Shown: positions 49,605-59,398 of the stretch, piece by piece
Layout of the letters: every line of letters begins with the position of its first letter
Position numbering within the stretch: position 1 is the stretch's first letter
Assembly: GCA_963548315.1 (NCBI GenBank)
Contig: CAUUUJ010000001.1
Coordinates: forward strand, 4,838-68,837
Direction of reading: 5' to 3'
Length of the DNA: 64,000 bases
Source of the DNA: an uncultured Candidatus Saccharibacteria bacterium
GTDB lineage: Bacteria; Patescibacteriota; Saccharimonadia; Saccharimonadales; Saccharimonadaceae
Made by a program: the position numbers and the translations under genes
Notes under the pieces: generated by a model
Database searches by the model: none
Told to the model about the DNA's origin: nothing
Seen by the model: only the letters and a program-made list of their open reading frames with translations

Positions 49605-51764
49605 ATGATGATACGAGCATTAGTGCTAGGATTGGTTGCGTTAATGGCGCTAATTTTGGGTGTGCTTGTACTTAAAAAGTCGAAGCGTCGTCATGATGCG
49701 AAGCATTGGTTTTTTCTGGTTTGTTTATGTTTGGCTGTGTGGTCAGCTGGACTTGAAGTGTTTTCTCTGGCGGACAGTGGAGTAGTATTGGACACCGCGT
49801 CCAGGTGGTTTTATGTTGCTTCAGCTGTTTTTTGTCCTGCGTTGGCTATTTTCACTACAAAGTCGTTTCTTCCATCAACAAAATCGACAAAGAGTTTTAT
49901 TTGCGCATCTAGTATATTGATAGCGATTTTTTCGCTATACATTATTTTGGTGCCTGAATTTATTATTAATACATCAGAAATTGTCACGCCAGTAGATTTT
50001 TCTCGAATTCCGATTCATGCAGTCAACTATGTTATTTTTGCAACTTTTTTCTCGGTATTCTTCTTAATTTCTATGTGTTTTGGGCATATAGCGTGGCGCA
50101 AATCAGATTCTGTTCGACGCAAGCAAGTCGCGATTTACATGATTGGTCTGTTGATATGTAGCATTCCTGGCTTTGTAGTGGATCTGTTTCTTCCGGCGCT
50201 TGGTGATTATCGATACATATGGATTGGTCCAATTGCTACGATTATTTTCTTATTTGCAATTATGTATAGCATCGTCAGATATCGATTGATGGACGTAAAA
50301 ATGGCGGTGGCTCGAAGCGTTTCGTATATGCTGCTATTAATCGCACTAGCTGTCGTTTACGTGATTTCTGCATATGTCATTTCAATTTTGGTTTTTCAAC
50401 GTAGCCTGACGGTTGATAGCCACGTAAATCTCATGAATATGATTTTGGCTATGGTTTTGGCGGTCGTATATCAACCAGTGAAGAAAATCTTTGATAAATT
50501 TACTGATAGGGTTTTTTATTACGGAGAATATGACGCTGATACGTTTACGCGTGAGATTAGCAAGATATTAACCTATACGGCGGATCTGCAATTGCTAACT
50601 CGACGTGTCGGTAATTATATAGCGACTTCTCTTAAGGCAGAAAAAGTGGCGTTTTGTATTCCAGAAAAAGGAATATACGGTCGGACGGGTCGGCGACGAA
50701 TATCTGTTGTCGAGGAAGATGTTCACAGGATCATGGACTACTATTATAAGAATTGTAGTTTTCCGGAAGTTATTTTGGCAAATCAAGTAAAAGATCCAGA
50801 ACTGAAGAAGCTTTTGGATATTCATCGCACGAAAATTGTTATGCCGCTGCTGCATCAAAATCAAGAAACGGGAATTCTATTTCTGGGCGAGCATAAAAGT
50901 TTGGGTTATAGTTCTCGCGATATTGAAATGCTGGAATCGATTGCTGGGGAACTGGCTGTGTCGATTCGAAATTCTTTGTCATTGGAAGAAATTAATGAGT
51001 TGAATAAAAGTTTGCAGCGTAAAATTGACGAGGCGACGAAAGAATTGAGGTTCAGTAATCGACAGCTTCAGCGACTGGACGAAGCGAAGAACGAATTTAT
51101 TTCTATGGCCTCACATCAGTTAAGGACACCGTTGACTAGTATTAAAGGCTATCTGGATATGATGCTGGAGGGTGATTTGGGGAAGATTACACCGACGCAA
51201 CGTGCAGTTCTTAGAGAGGCATTCTCTTCCAGCGAGCGTATGGTGAGGCTAATAAACGATTTTCTCAATGTTTCTAGGCTTCAGACTGGTAAATTTAATA
51301 TTGATAAACAGAAGATAGACATTGCTCAAATTCTTCGGGATGAAGTTGCTTTGCTTAAGGTTGTGGCTGATCAGAGGTCTGTCGAGATGAATCTAAAGAT
51401 TGATAAAAAAATTCCATTGATTGCGGCCGACTCTGAGAAGATTCGTCAAGTTATGCTAAATATGATCGACAACGCTATTTACTATTCAAATCCGCATAAA
51501 AAGGTAATAATTTCTCTAAAAAATAATAATGGTGCGATTGAATTTACGGTGAAAGATTCGGGAATTGGTGTGCCAAAATCAGAGCAAGCAAATCTGTTCG
51601 GCAAATTCTTCCGCGGTACAAACGCTAGAAAAAAGCGACCAGACGGCACTGGCGTTGGCTTATTCTTGGCGAGGAAAGTTATTTTATCGCACGACGGGGA
51701 AATGATCTTTGAATCAGAAGAAGGAAAAGGTAGTACCTTTGGATTTAAGCTGCCGGTTCGTTAA
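49605..51764 (+). CDS. Multi-TM (7TM-type) sensor histidine kinase with GAF-like domain
   Basis: N-terminal TMs; ASHQLRTPLT H-box; NAIYY, DSGIG, GTGVGL. Confidence 0.93.
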   Translation: MMIRALVLGLVALMALILGVLVLKKSKRRHDAKHWFFLVCLCLAVWSAGLEVFSLADSGVVLDTASRWFYVASAVFCPALAIFTTKSFLPSTKSTKSFICASSILIAIFSLYIILVPEFIINTSEIVTPVDFSRIPIHAVNYVIFATFFSVFFLISMCFGHIAWRKSDSVRRKQVAIYMIGLLICSIPGFVVDLFLPALGDYRYIWIGPIATIIFLFAIMYSIVRYRLMDVKMAVARSVSYMLLLIALAVVYVISAYVISILVFQRSLTVDSHVNLMNMILAMVLAVVYQPVKKIFDKFTDRVFYYGEYDADTFTREISKILTYTADLQLLTRRVGNYIATSLKAEKVAFCIPEKGIYGRTGRRRISVVEEDVHRIMDYYYKNCSFPEVILANQVKDPELKKLLDIHRTKIVMPLLHQNQETGILFLGEHKSLGYSSRDIEMLESIAGELAVSIRNSLSLEEINELNKSLQRKIDEATKELRFSNRQLQRLDEAKNEFISMASHQLRTPLTSIKGYLDMMLEGDLGKITPTQRAVLREAFSSSERMVRLINDFLNVSRLQTGKFNIDKQKIDIAQILRDEVALLKVVADQRSVEMNLKIDKKIPLIAADSEKIRQVMLNMIDNAIYYSNPHKKVIISLKNNNGAIEFTVKDSGIGVPKSEQANLFGKFFRGTNARKKRPDGTGVGLFLARKVILSHDGEMIFESEEGKGSTFGFKLPVR

Positions 51765-51976
51765 CGAAACAGGCTCAATATTCCAGAAATAACGATAATT
51801 AAGGCAACTACAACAAGTCCCGCCATACCAATGGTGCGAATGAGCTTTTTCCGATCAAAAAACCATTGAGATAATTTGGGGCGATTCGTTGCTGTAATCC
51901 TTGTTACTTTTGGTCGCTGAGATGCCGCGTCCATCCCAGAATATTTTTTATTGCGCTTTTTCTTCTGCTTTGTCAT
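51761..51976 (-). CDS. Small basic membrane protein
   Basis: KQKKKRNKKY N-terminus, C-terminal TM; TATAAT 6 nt before ATG. Confidence 0.65.
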   Translation of the reverse strand: MTKQKKKRNKKYSGMDAASQRPKVTRITATNRPKLSQWFFDRKKLIRTIGMAGLVVVALIIVISGILSLFR

Positions 51977-52067
51977 GGAAATATTATACATTAATAGATA
52001 ACGGCGGAGAAGTGGCTGATTTGCTATAGACAATTCGACAATAATTTGTTATGATATCTGAAGTCGT

Positions 52068-52142
52068 GGCCTTATCGTCTAACGGTTAGGACACCAGGTT
52101 TTCATCCTGGCAATCCGGGTTCGATTCCCGGTAAGGTCACCA
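52068..52142 (+). tRNA. tRNA-Glu(TTC)
   Basis: Anticodon arm ccagg-ttttcat-cctgg; CCA. Confidence 0.96.
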
Positions 52143-52345
52143 TAAAGGGATTTATATTCCGTTCGGATTTGAAACAGCTCGTTTACCTCTGGTAGCGGGC
52201 TGTTTTTTGTGAGTTTCAAACTTTATTTCATCGTAAGTTGGAATTTTATTGAAGATAGCAGCGAAAAAGGCGGCTTTTCGCAGTGTATTACAGAGGCCAA
52301 GTAGTAGTTCGGGCAGGTGTTCCAAAATATATTTGGCGTAGTGTT
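52079..52345 (-). pseudogene. C-terminal remnant of a large serine recombinase reading into tRNA-Glu
   Basis: YAKYILEHLPELLL..IFNKIPTYDEI, then a 1-nt shift in an A-run gives NSPLPEVNELF..YGDLTGNRTRIARMKTWCPNR* antisense to the tRNA. Confidence 0.65.
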
Positions 52346-52441
52346 GACAATTAAAACACTGCCACACCTGGACAGACTCACATCTAGTCTGAGTGTTTGG
52401 CTCTAATCTTAAGACCTAACATGTGGTAAAATACGTGTATT

Positions 52442-53020
52442 ATGTATGCTAGAGATATTGATATACCGTTTTACGATATAACTAAAAAACTTCGTCTCAT
52501 AAAACCCGATCCAAAATATGCTCCTGTAACTATACAATGGATTAGCAAAGATGAAGTTACGAAGTATCTTGGAGCTGATTTTTCAAAAATGACAGTAGAA
52601 GACGAAGTTAAGCACCTCGAAAATATGGTTGATGACGATGACCGTTATAGCTGGATGATTGAGTTAGACGGTGAAATAGTTGGGAATATAGAGATTAATG
52701 AAATCAAAGATCTTAGTCAAAAATACGGTGTAAAGACTGGTGCATTCTGTACACTGATTGGGGACCCTAGTAATTGGGGGCGGGGTCTTGGTAGCTCCGC
52801 AAAGAAAGCTGCATCAAATTGGGCATTTTCCGAAGGAGGATTCGAGATGGTTGAGGCAAAGGCATATGTACAGAACATCCGAAGTTGGAGTGCTCTTGAA
52901 AAGCTAGGATATCATTACGAAGGGATTGAAAGAGGTGATGTAAATGGCGCTCCGGTAGAGTGGAAGGTGTATACTCTCAAAAAGAAGGACTGGGAAGAAC
53001 TTAACTGGTCGTTGAAATAG
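52442..53020 (+). CDS. GNAT (RimJ/RimL-type) acetyltransferase
   Basis: WGRGLGS motif A; NIRSWSALEKLGY. Confidence 0.85.
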   Translation: MYARDIDIPFYDITKKLRLIKPDPKYAPVTIQWISKDEVTKYLGADFSKMTVEDEVKHLENMVDDDDRYSWMIELDGEIVGNIEINEIKDLSQKYGVKTGAFCTLIGDPSNWGRGLGSSAKKAASNWAFSEGGFEMVEAKAYVQNIRSWSALEKLGYHYEGIERGDVNGAPVEWKVYTLKKKDWEELNWSLK

Positions 53021-53049
53021 GCCTATGTTTAAGCGCGCAGATCGGCCTT

Positions 53050-53190
53050 ATCTTGTTGACTTGCCGGTGCCGTTCCAAAACCGTTTGCACTCGGTCAAAT
53101 AACTGTTTTGAGATAATGCCTTTGTGCTTGCTCTCGTGCATTTCGCTTAAGTAGCGAAAGTTGTCCATGGTAAAACGGATTTGCCAGCAT
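53050..53190 (-). pseudogene. Frameshifted fragment of a serine recombinase 'recombinase' domain
   Basis: MLANPFYHG / FRYLSEMHESKHKGIISKQLFDRVQTVL in two frames. Confidence 0.7.
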
Positions 53191-53290
53191 GTGCGCCACG
53201 CGTGCGCGGCACGGCTAAAATCATTTGGCTTTTGTCTCAAAATAGGTTCGAGATTGGGCGTAAAATCGCACCATAAAGAATGTTTGGAAT

Positions 53291-53317
53291 AGCTCGCTTA
53301 TTGTGGCGAGCTTTTTT
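53291..53317 (+). terminator. Intrinsic terminator
   Basis: agctcgc / gcgagct stem plus T-run. Confidence 0.7.
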
Positions 53318-53619
53318 CATTGTCGCTTCGTAGTTTCTTTGGCAGCGGACTCATCGTCAGTCCGAGACATCATTTCAGAATAGGCTTCAAGTATGTCGCT
53401 CTCCTTATATTTCGGTTTATGTGAGCGCTCGATTGCATACCAGATTGTTACGGGTATCAGCAGGACGGTGTTTATGCAATATATCGTAATTGCAGTTTCT
53501 ATGGACCCAACTATATTTATAAATACTCCCGTATAAAATAAAAAGAAAATAATTACAGTAGTTGATCCGAAAATAAAGAACAAAATTTTTGAAATAATAT
53601 ATTTATCTATTTCTGGCAT
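53317..53619 (-). CDS. Hypothetical 2-TM protein
   Basis: 100-aa ORF with two hydrophobic segments. Confidence 0.55.
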   Translation of the reverse strand: MPEIDKYIISKILFFIFGSTTVIIFFLFYTGVFINIVGSIETAITIYCINTVLLIPVTIWYAIERSHKPKYKESDILEAYSEMMSRTDDESAAKETTKRQ

Positions 53620-53723
53620 AATATTTTATATTCTAGCATTAAGGAAATGGGTAGGCTAGTTTATGTGGTTATGTTGACCGTACGGATAGCTATCGGCTAT
53701 AATAATGCTAACGGTAATTTTAT

Positions 53724-54461
53724 ATGGAATGTAATAATACGGATGTTCTAGTTGCGCAGGCTGATAAGATTGATAACCTTGATTTCAGACCGATCGCTAT
53801 CAGGGCTACGAATGTAATCAAGAAGTATAAAGTTGGCAAGCAAATAATTAGAGCTATCGATGATGTTTCAGTAGACATTCACGAAGGTGAATTTGTGGCT
53901 CTTGTTGGTCCAAGCGGCAGCGGTAAAAGCACTTTACTGCATTTACTTGGTGGACTAGATAAGCCTACGTCTGGTGAGATTGTTGTAGGAGGGAAAAACG
54001 TTTCCAGTATGAATGATCGTCAACTATCTAAGTTTCGCAACCAGACAATTGGATTTGTTTTTCAATCGTTTTATCTGCAGCCTTTTTTGACGTTGCGCCG
54101 TAATATTGAAGTCGCTTCAATGCCTCAGCGTATGGGGCGGGCGGAGCGTAGGCTACGTATTGAATCATTAGCTCGACAAGTTGGCCTGTATGATCGACTA
54201 AGTCACCACCCTCACGAACTTTCCGGCGGGCAGATTCAGCGCGCTGCTATTGCTAGAGCCTTACTCAATAGACCGGCTATTATTCTGGCAGATGAGCCAA
54301 CTGGCAATCTGGATTCTGCCAACAGTCGCGATATTATTAGTTTATTCCAGCAAATTCGAGAGCAATATCATGCAACGATTATTATTGCTACGCACGATAA
54401 TGAAATTGCCGCCCAGGCTGATCGTGTCATTGCCCTAAAAGATGGGAGATTGTATGATTAG
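53724..54461 (+). CDS. ABC transporter ATPase (MacB/LolD type)
   Basis: GPSGSGKST, LSGGQIQR, LADEPTGNLD, ATHD. Confidence 0.95.
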   Translation: MECNNTDVLVAQADKIDNLDFRPIAIRATNVIKKYKVGKQIIRAIDDVSVDIHEGEFVALVGPSGSGKSTLLHLLGGLDKPTSGEIVVGGKNVSSMNDRQLSKFRNQTIGFVFQSFYLQPFLTLRRNIEVASMPQRMGRAERRLRIESLARQVGLYDRLSHHPHELSGGQIQRAAIARALLNRPAIILADEPTGNLDSANSRDIISLFQQIREQYHATIIIATHDNEIAAQADRVIALKDGRLYD

Positions 54462-56409
54462 GCTAGCCGATATAGTACTGTTGACCTATACAAAATTACG
54501 CGCTCGTAAAATACGTACATTTATTACGGTATTGTTGGCGAGTATGTTGTTCGGCGTCCTTATTTCAGCTTCCCTGATTGCTAATGGTCTCTTTCGTGGT
54601 ATTGATTCGTTTCGTAAAGAGGGGTTGACTAGTCGTTACATCGTAAGTGTCACTAACGCACCATCAAATGTCGATGGGTTTTATAAGACTATTCGTGACC
54701 CTAATCTTATTGCCGAGGCGAAAAAACGCTATGAACTACTCGTTTCACAAAAAGCTACCGAGTCAAAGCGACTTAATCTGGAATATTCCTATATCAATGA
54801 TCGGCCGCCATATTCACAGTCTGCTGACGGTACTGTGCAGCTATCTATTAATGACCAAAACGGTATTACCGCTCAATTACTAAAAGAGAAATATAGCGCC
54901 ATGCCGGCTTTTGACGATGCAAAACTCTCTCGTTTAGCTAAGGAATATGGTGCTATTAAATTTTTTACTGAAGAATTTTATAGTGTCAAAAAAGGCTCAG
55001 CACTAGTACCTCTTATTGACGGCAAAGAGTTGTTCTTTGACACTTCGGATGAAGCGGAGGTGAATGCTAATTATGAAAATCCTCCTGTAAATAGCTCAAG
55101 TATTGTTATTGCACCACCTGAAATTACAGATAATATTATGCTTCCTAACAATGCTGGCTGGAAGCCTGACGGGTCGAGTTTACCTATAATCTTACCGCAA
55201 AATGTTATTGAGCGCTTACTGAAGCTGGAAAAGTTGCCGGCAAGTGCGAGTGCTGAGGCTAAATTTGAGCGCCTTAAAAATATTCGTGACAATATAACTA
55301 ACTTGAGTTTTAAAATGTGTTATCGAAATAGCGCCTCGCTGGAGCTGATACAGCAGACCTTGCAGCAAAATAAAGAGATCGCAGCAAATCAAAATAACAA
55401 GGATTATAAAAAGCCAAGCCTTTTGTATGGACTACCCAATCCTACAACATGTGAAAATACTCCTGTAATAAGCGATAAACGTACGGTAGAGGAGAAGAAG
55501 CAGGCGGCAAACCAAGAGCTGTTTGATGCAAGATTTGGTAAAGAAACAACTGCTGTAAGCAAATTTATTACTTTTAAAGTGGTTGGTATGTCTCCTGGCG
55601 ACAGTGAAGTGCTAAATCCAGAGCAGAAACAGCAGCGCGAGAAGGCTCGCACTGCTAACGATATGATTTCTGAAGTATTACGCACGGAAGGTGTTGGGCA
55701 GGTTATACCGCGCTCACTATACGATAAGCTACCTAATAAAGCCGATTATGCTGATTTATTTACATATGAGCCACTTTATATTATGGGCAATGAGGATAAT
55801 AAACATCGTTTTGTTGAGTTTGCAAATGCCAGTGATGCGCAAAAGTTTATAGATGAGCAGGGCTGTACTGTCCAGTATGATAATTCTTGTAAGCCGATTG
55901 GTCGTTTATATCAATCTAATTTGGCATTTAGTAATAGCGTTGCTTTGGATGATATGCAGAATACATTTAAGCAGTGGTCGATCTATGCTATGCTGGCAGT
56001 TATAGTATTGGCTGCGCTTATTATGTGGATTACTATCAGTCGTACAATTGTGGATGATAGACATGAGACGGCGGTATTTCGTGCTATTGGCTTTAATCGT
56101 ATTGATATCGTGTCGATATATATACTATATACGATAATTATATCTATATTAGTAGCTATGTTCGCTCTTGCTATCGGCTTTATCGGTGCGTATCTCCTGG
56201 ATAAGCAATTTGCACCACAGCTTACGGCACAGGCGCAATATAGCTTCGGTTCTATTAATTCAAATAAGGTGATACGACTTATAGCCGTGGATATGCGACA
56301 GATAATCTTTATTGTAAGTACGTGCATTCTCACTGGATTGTTTAGTGCTATGTTGCCATTAATACGCAACATGCGTCGCAGTCCAATTCGAGACATACGA
56401 GAGTTTTAG
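54454..56409 (+). CDS. ABC transporter permease (FtsX/MacB type)
   Basis: TM1, large extracellular domain, three C-terminal TMs, RHETAVFRAIG. Confidence 0.85.
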   Translation: MIRLADIVLLTYTKLRARKIRTFITVLLASMLFGVLISASLIANGLFRGIDSFRKEGLTSRYIVSVTNAPSNVDGFYKTIRDPNLIAEAKKRYELLVSQKATESKRLNLEYSYINDRPPYSQSADGTVQLSINDQNGITAQLLKEKYSAMPAFDDAKLSRLAKEYGAIKFFTEEFYSVKKGSALVPLIDGKELFFDTSDEAEVNANYENPPVNSSSIVIAPPEITDNIMLPNNAGWKPDGSSLPIILPQNVIERLLKLEKLPASASAEAKFERLKNIRDNITNLSFKMCYRNSASLELIQQTLQQNKEIAANQNNKDYKKPSLLYGLPNPTTCENTPVISDKRTVEEKKQAANQELFDARFGKETTAVSKFITFKVVGMSPGDSEVLNPEQKQQREKARTANDMISEVLRTEGVGQVIPRSLYDKLPNKADYADLFTYEPLYIMGNEDNKHRFVEFANASDAQKFIDEQGCTVQYDNSCKPIGRLYQSNLAFSNSVALDDMQNTFKQWSIYAMLAVIVLAALIMWITISRTIVDDRHETAVFRAIGFNRIDIVSIYILYTIIISILVAMFALAIGFIGAYLLDKQFAPQLTAQAQYSFGSINSNKVIRLIAVDMRQIIFIVSTCILTGLFSAMLPLIRNMRRSPIRDIREF

Positions 56410-56488
56410 TAGCTCTTTTACTACTATTACGTGCGCCGATGCGGGATACATCAGGACTTGTAGGATCGGGTAGCTCGCGAGAAGATCT

Positions 56489-56518
56489 GAGCCAAGTCTA
56501 TAAACTGGCTCTTTTTTC
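56489..56518 (+). terminator. Terminator after the ABC operon
   Basis: gagcca / tggctc stem plus T-run. Confidence 0.55.
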
Positions 56519-56702
56519 CTGTCGAGACACTGTGTTGTTGAGTTGCATTTTACAATGGTGTATGCTAGAGGTCGGTTGTTTTTTGTTTCTTCTGAATTTG
56601 CTATAGTTGATTTTATTAAATGTATTCTCGATATCGAACAAGTATTATAAGGTTCTCTGGCATCATTTTTCATCACTGTTATTTCGTGGTATAATTTTAA
56701 AA

Positions 56703-58124
56703 ATGAGCGATAATATATTTAAACGAACAAAAATATTAGCAACAATTGGGCCAGCAACGTTCAGCCAAGAAAAGGTTTACCAGTTGTTGGAGGCCGGTGT
56801 TAACGGCATCCGTATGAACTTTAGCCATGGCGCTAACGAGGAGAGAATTGAGCAGATCGATTGGGTGCGCACAGCTAGTAAACAGTTGGGCAAGCCTGTC
56901 GCAATCCTACAAGATTTGCAAGGTCCGAAGATTCGCCTGGGTGTTTTGAAAGATAACATGCTGAATGTTAAGGTTGGCGATATGCTGGTCTTGGATTCAG
57001 AAATTGCCGAGCATGACGGCAGCTTCAATTTGCCAGTGCAATACAATTTGGCAGAGAAGATGAAAGTCGGCGAGCCACTTTACATGTTTGACGGCAAGAT
57101 CAGGACGGTTGTGCGAGAAATTGTTAGCCCAACTGCAATTCGCGTAGAAGTTCAGAACGACGGTTTTTTGATGAGCCGCAAGGGTTTGAATTTGCCAGAC
57201 ACAGATTTTGGTGGCGACATTCTTACTCAGAAAGATATTAACGATTTGGAATGGGGTGCAAGCCAAGATTTTGATTATGTTGCATTGAGTTTTATTCAAA
57301 AAGCTGATGACATTATTGATTTGCGTCGTCGATTGACAGACCTGGGCTCGACAGCCAATATTATTGCCAAGATTGAGACTAAGTCTGCCGTTGATCCAGA
57401 GAATTTGGAGGAAATCGTTAAGGCTAGTGACGGTATTATGGTCGCTCGTGGAGACTTGGCGGTGGAGGCTGGCGCGGAAATTGTCCCAGTTGTACAGCGT
57501 CGAATTATTGCCTTGTGTCGTAAATATTGCAAGCTAGTAATCGTTGCAACACAAATGATGGGTAGTATGGTTGATAATCCAGAGCCAAGCCGCGCCGAAG
57601 TTAGCGATGTTGCTAATGCTGTAATTCAAGGCGCTGACGTGGTTATGTTGTCTGATGAGACTGCCAATGGTAAATATCCTGTTGAAACTGTTCGCGCAAT
57701 GCGCAAGACTATTATCTACACTCAAGAACACAGTGAAGTAATGTTGGTAGAAAAGGCTGAAATGCGTGAAAAAACTGACGCGATTTTAAGCTACACGGCA
57801 GCTCAATTAGCAAGGAGAATTAAGGCTCGAGCTATTATTGCGGAAACGCATACTGGCGCTACTGCAATTAATGTTGCCGCATATCGTCCGAACCTGCCAA
57901 TTGTTTGTGTAACCGAAGAAGTGAAGACTGCGCAAAAATTGGCACTAAGGTACGCTTCTCGTCCATATGTTCGACCAAATGACCCAAATGCAGCAACTAA
58001 GCTAGCTGACGAATTGAAACAAGAAGGCTATTTCGGCGCAGACCCAGTTACTGTTGTGCTTGTTAGCGGCCACAATCCAGAGCCAGGTAAAACTGACAAT
58101 ATCCAAGTCAAGACGTTGTCATAA
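56703..58124 (+). CDS. pyk: Pyruvate kinase
   Basis: TKILATIGPA, RMNFSHG, DLQGPKIR, IMVARGDLAVE, MLSDETA. Confidence 0.97.
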   Translation: MSDNIFKRTKILATIGPATFSQEKVYQLLEAGVNGIRMNFSHGANEERIEQIDWVRTASKQLGKPVAILQDLQGPKIRLGVLKDNMLNVKVGDMLVLDSEIAEHDGSFNLPVQYNLAEKMKVGEPLYMFDGKIRTVVREIVSPTAIRVEVQNDGFLMSRKGLNLPDTDFGGDILTQKDINDLEWGASQDFDYVALSFIQKADDIIDLRRRLTDLGSTANIIAKIETKSAVDPENLEEIVKASDGIMVARGDLAVEAGAEIVPVVQRRIIALCRKYCKLVIVATQMMGSMVDNPEPSRAEVSDVANAVIQGADVVMLSDETANGKYPVETVRAMRKTIIYTQEHSEVMLVEKAEMREKTDAILSYTAAQLARRIKARAIIAETHTGATAINVAAYRPNLPIVCVTEEVKTAQKLALRYASRPYVRPNDPNAATKLADELKQEGYFGADPVTVVLVSGHNPEPGKTDNIQVKTLS

Positions 58125-58135
58125 GGAGAATTTGG

Positions 58136-59374
58136 GTGGGCAGAAAATTTCCGAAGCAAACAATTCGCGATGTTGATCTATGTGGAAAAACTATTCTTCT
58201 GCGAGCAGATTATAATGTGCCACTAACAAAGCGTGGTCAGATTTCTGATGATCTAAGAATTCGTGCTTCGCTGCCCACACTCCGATATTTGCTGGAGCAG
58301 AATTGCAAGATTGTTATCATGTCTCATCTGGGGCGACCAAAGGGTAAGGATCTTAAGTTTAGCCTGAAAGTTGTCGCAGATCACCTGTCTAAGTTGCTGA
58401 GTCGTCCGGTAGAATTGCTGGATGATTGCGTGGGCGAAGCCGTTCATCAAGCTGTTCGCTGCTCGCCACTAGGCAGTATTCTTATGTTGGAGAATTTACG
58501 CTTTTATGACGAGGAGGAGGCTGACGATTTAACGTTTGCCAAGTCAATTCAACGCGCTGTCCGAGCAGATTATTTTGTGCAGGACGGATTTGCGGTCGCA
58601 CACAGGGCACACGCCAGCACTCATGCGATTACATTGTGTGTTCCAGGGCTAGCGGGATTACTATTAGAAAAAGAATATGTAACTATCACTGAGGCGATGA
58701 ATAAGCCAAAACGTCCGTTGGTTGCGGTTATTGGCGGCGCGAAAGTTAGCGATAAAATATTACTGATTAAGCGTCTGATTAAAAAGGCGGATCGGATTTT
58801 AATTGGCGGCGCCATGTCAAACACGTTTTTGCATTGTCGTGGATTTAATGTCGGCAAGAGTGTGTTTGAGCCGGGAATGGAAAAAGTTGTCGCGGAAATT
58901 TATGATTTGGCGGCGACTAAGGTCGGCGCAGAGAGCGTTGACGATTTTTTGGTATTGCCGATTGACGTGGCGGTTGCGCCAGAGATTTCTAAGGATTTTC
59001 CTCGTCAAGAAGTTAATATTGATAAAATAAAGAACTCAGATATGGCGCTGGATATCGGAAGTCAGACAATTGAGAAATTCACGAAAATACTGGCCGGCGC
59101 GAAGACGGTTATTTGGAACGGTCCGCTGGGCTATGCTGAAATTGATAATTTTGCAATCGGTTCAGCGCGAGTGGCGCTAGCTATTGCCCAGAATAAAGGG
59201 GTCGTTTCAATAGTCGGTGGCGGAGATACGGCTGATTTTATATTGAAATGGGACGGGCATGACGGCGCCAATTTTACTCATGTTTCCACTGGTGGCGGAG
59301 CTAGTATGGCCTTGATGGCTGGTAAAAAATTGCCTGGAATTGAAAGTTTACTAGACGCATACGGTTTGAGGTGA
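58136..59374 (+). CDS. pgk: Phosphoglycerate kinase
   Basis: RADYNVP, SHLGRP, LENLRF, GGAKVSDK, HVSTGGGAS. Confidence 0.97.
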   Translation: MGRKFPKQTIRDVDLCGKTILLRADYNVPLTKRGQISDDLRIRASLPTLRYLLEQNCKIVIMSHLGRPKGKDLKFSLKVVADHLSKLLSRPVELLDDCVGEAVHQAVRCSPLGSILMLENLRFYDEEEADDLTFAKSIQRAVRADYFVQDGFAVAHRAHASTHAITLCVPGLAGLLLEKEYVTITEAMNKPKRPLVAVIGGAKVSDKILLIKRLIKKADRILIGGAMSNTFLHCRGFNVGKSVFEPGMEKVVAEIYDLAATKVGAESVDDFLVLPIDVAVAPEISKDFPRQEVNIDKIKNSDMALDIGSQTIEKFTKILAGAKTVIWNGPLGYAEIDNFAIGSARVALAIAQNKGVVSIVGGGDTADFILKWDGHDGANFTHVSTGGGASMALMAGKKLPGIESLLDAYGLR

Positions 59375-59398
59375 TAAACTAAGCATAAGGATTATCTC

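Larger units (their letters stand above)
52148..53278. mobile_element. Decayed integrated element at tRNA-Glu
   Basis: 10-bp direct repeat CACCATAAAG at 52138-52147 and 53269-53278; two recombinase remnants; terminator right after. Confidence 0.7.

Noticed and set aside
56430..56490. Possible SRP RNA or ribozyme after the ABC permease
   Set aside because: Only a vague tcagg..agga..agc resemblance; no supporting helices or catalytic core
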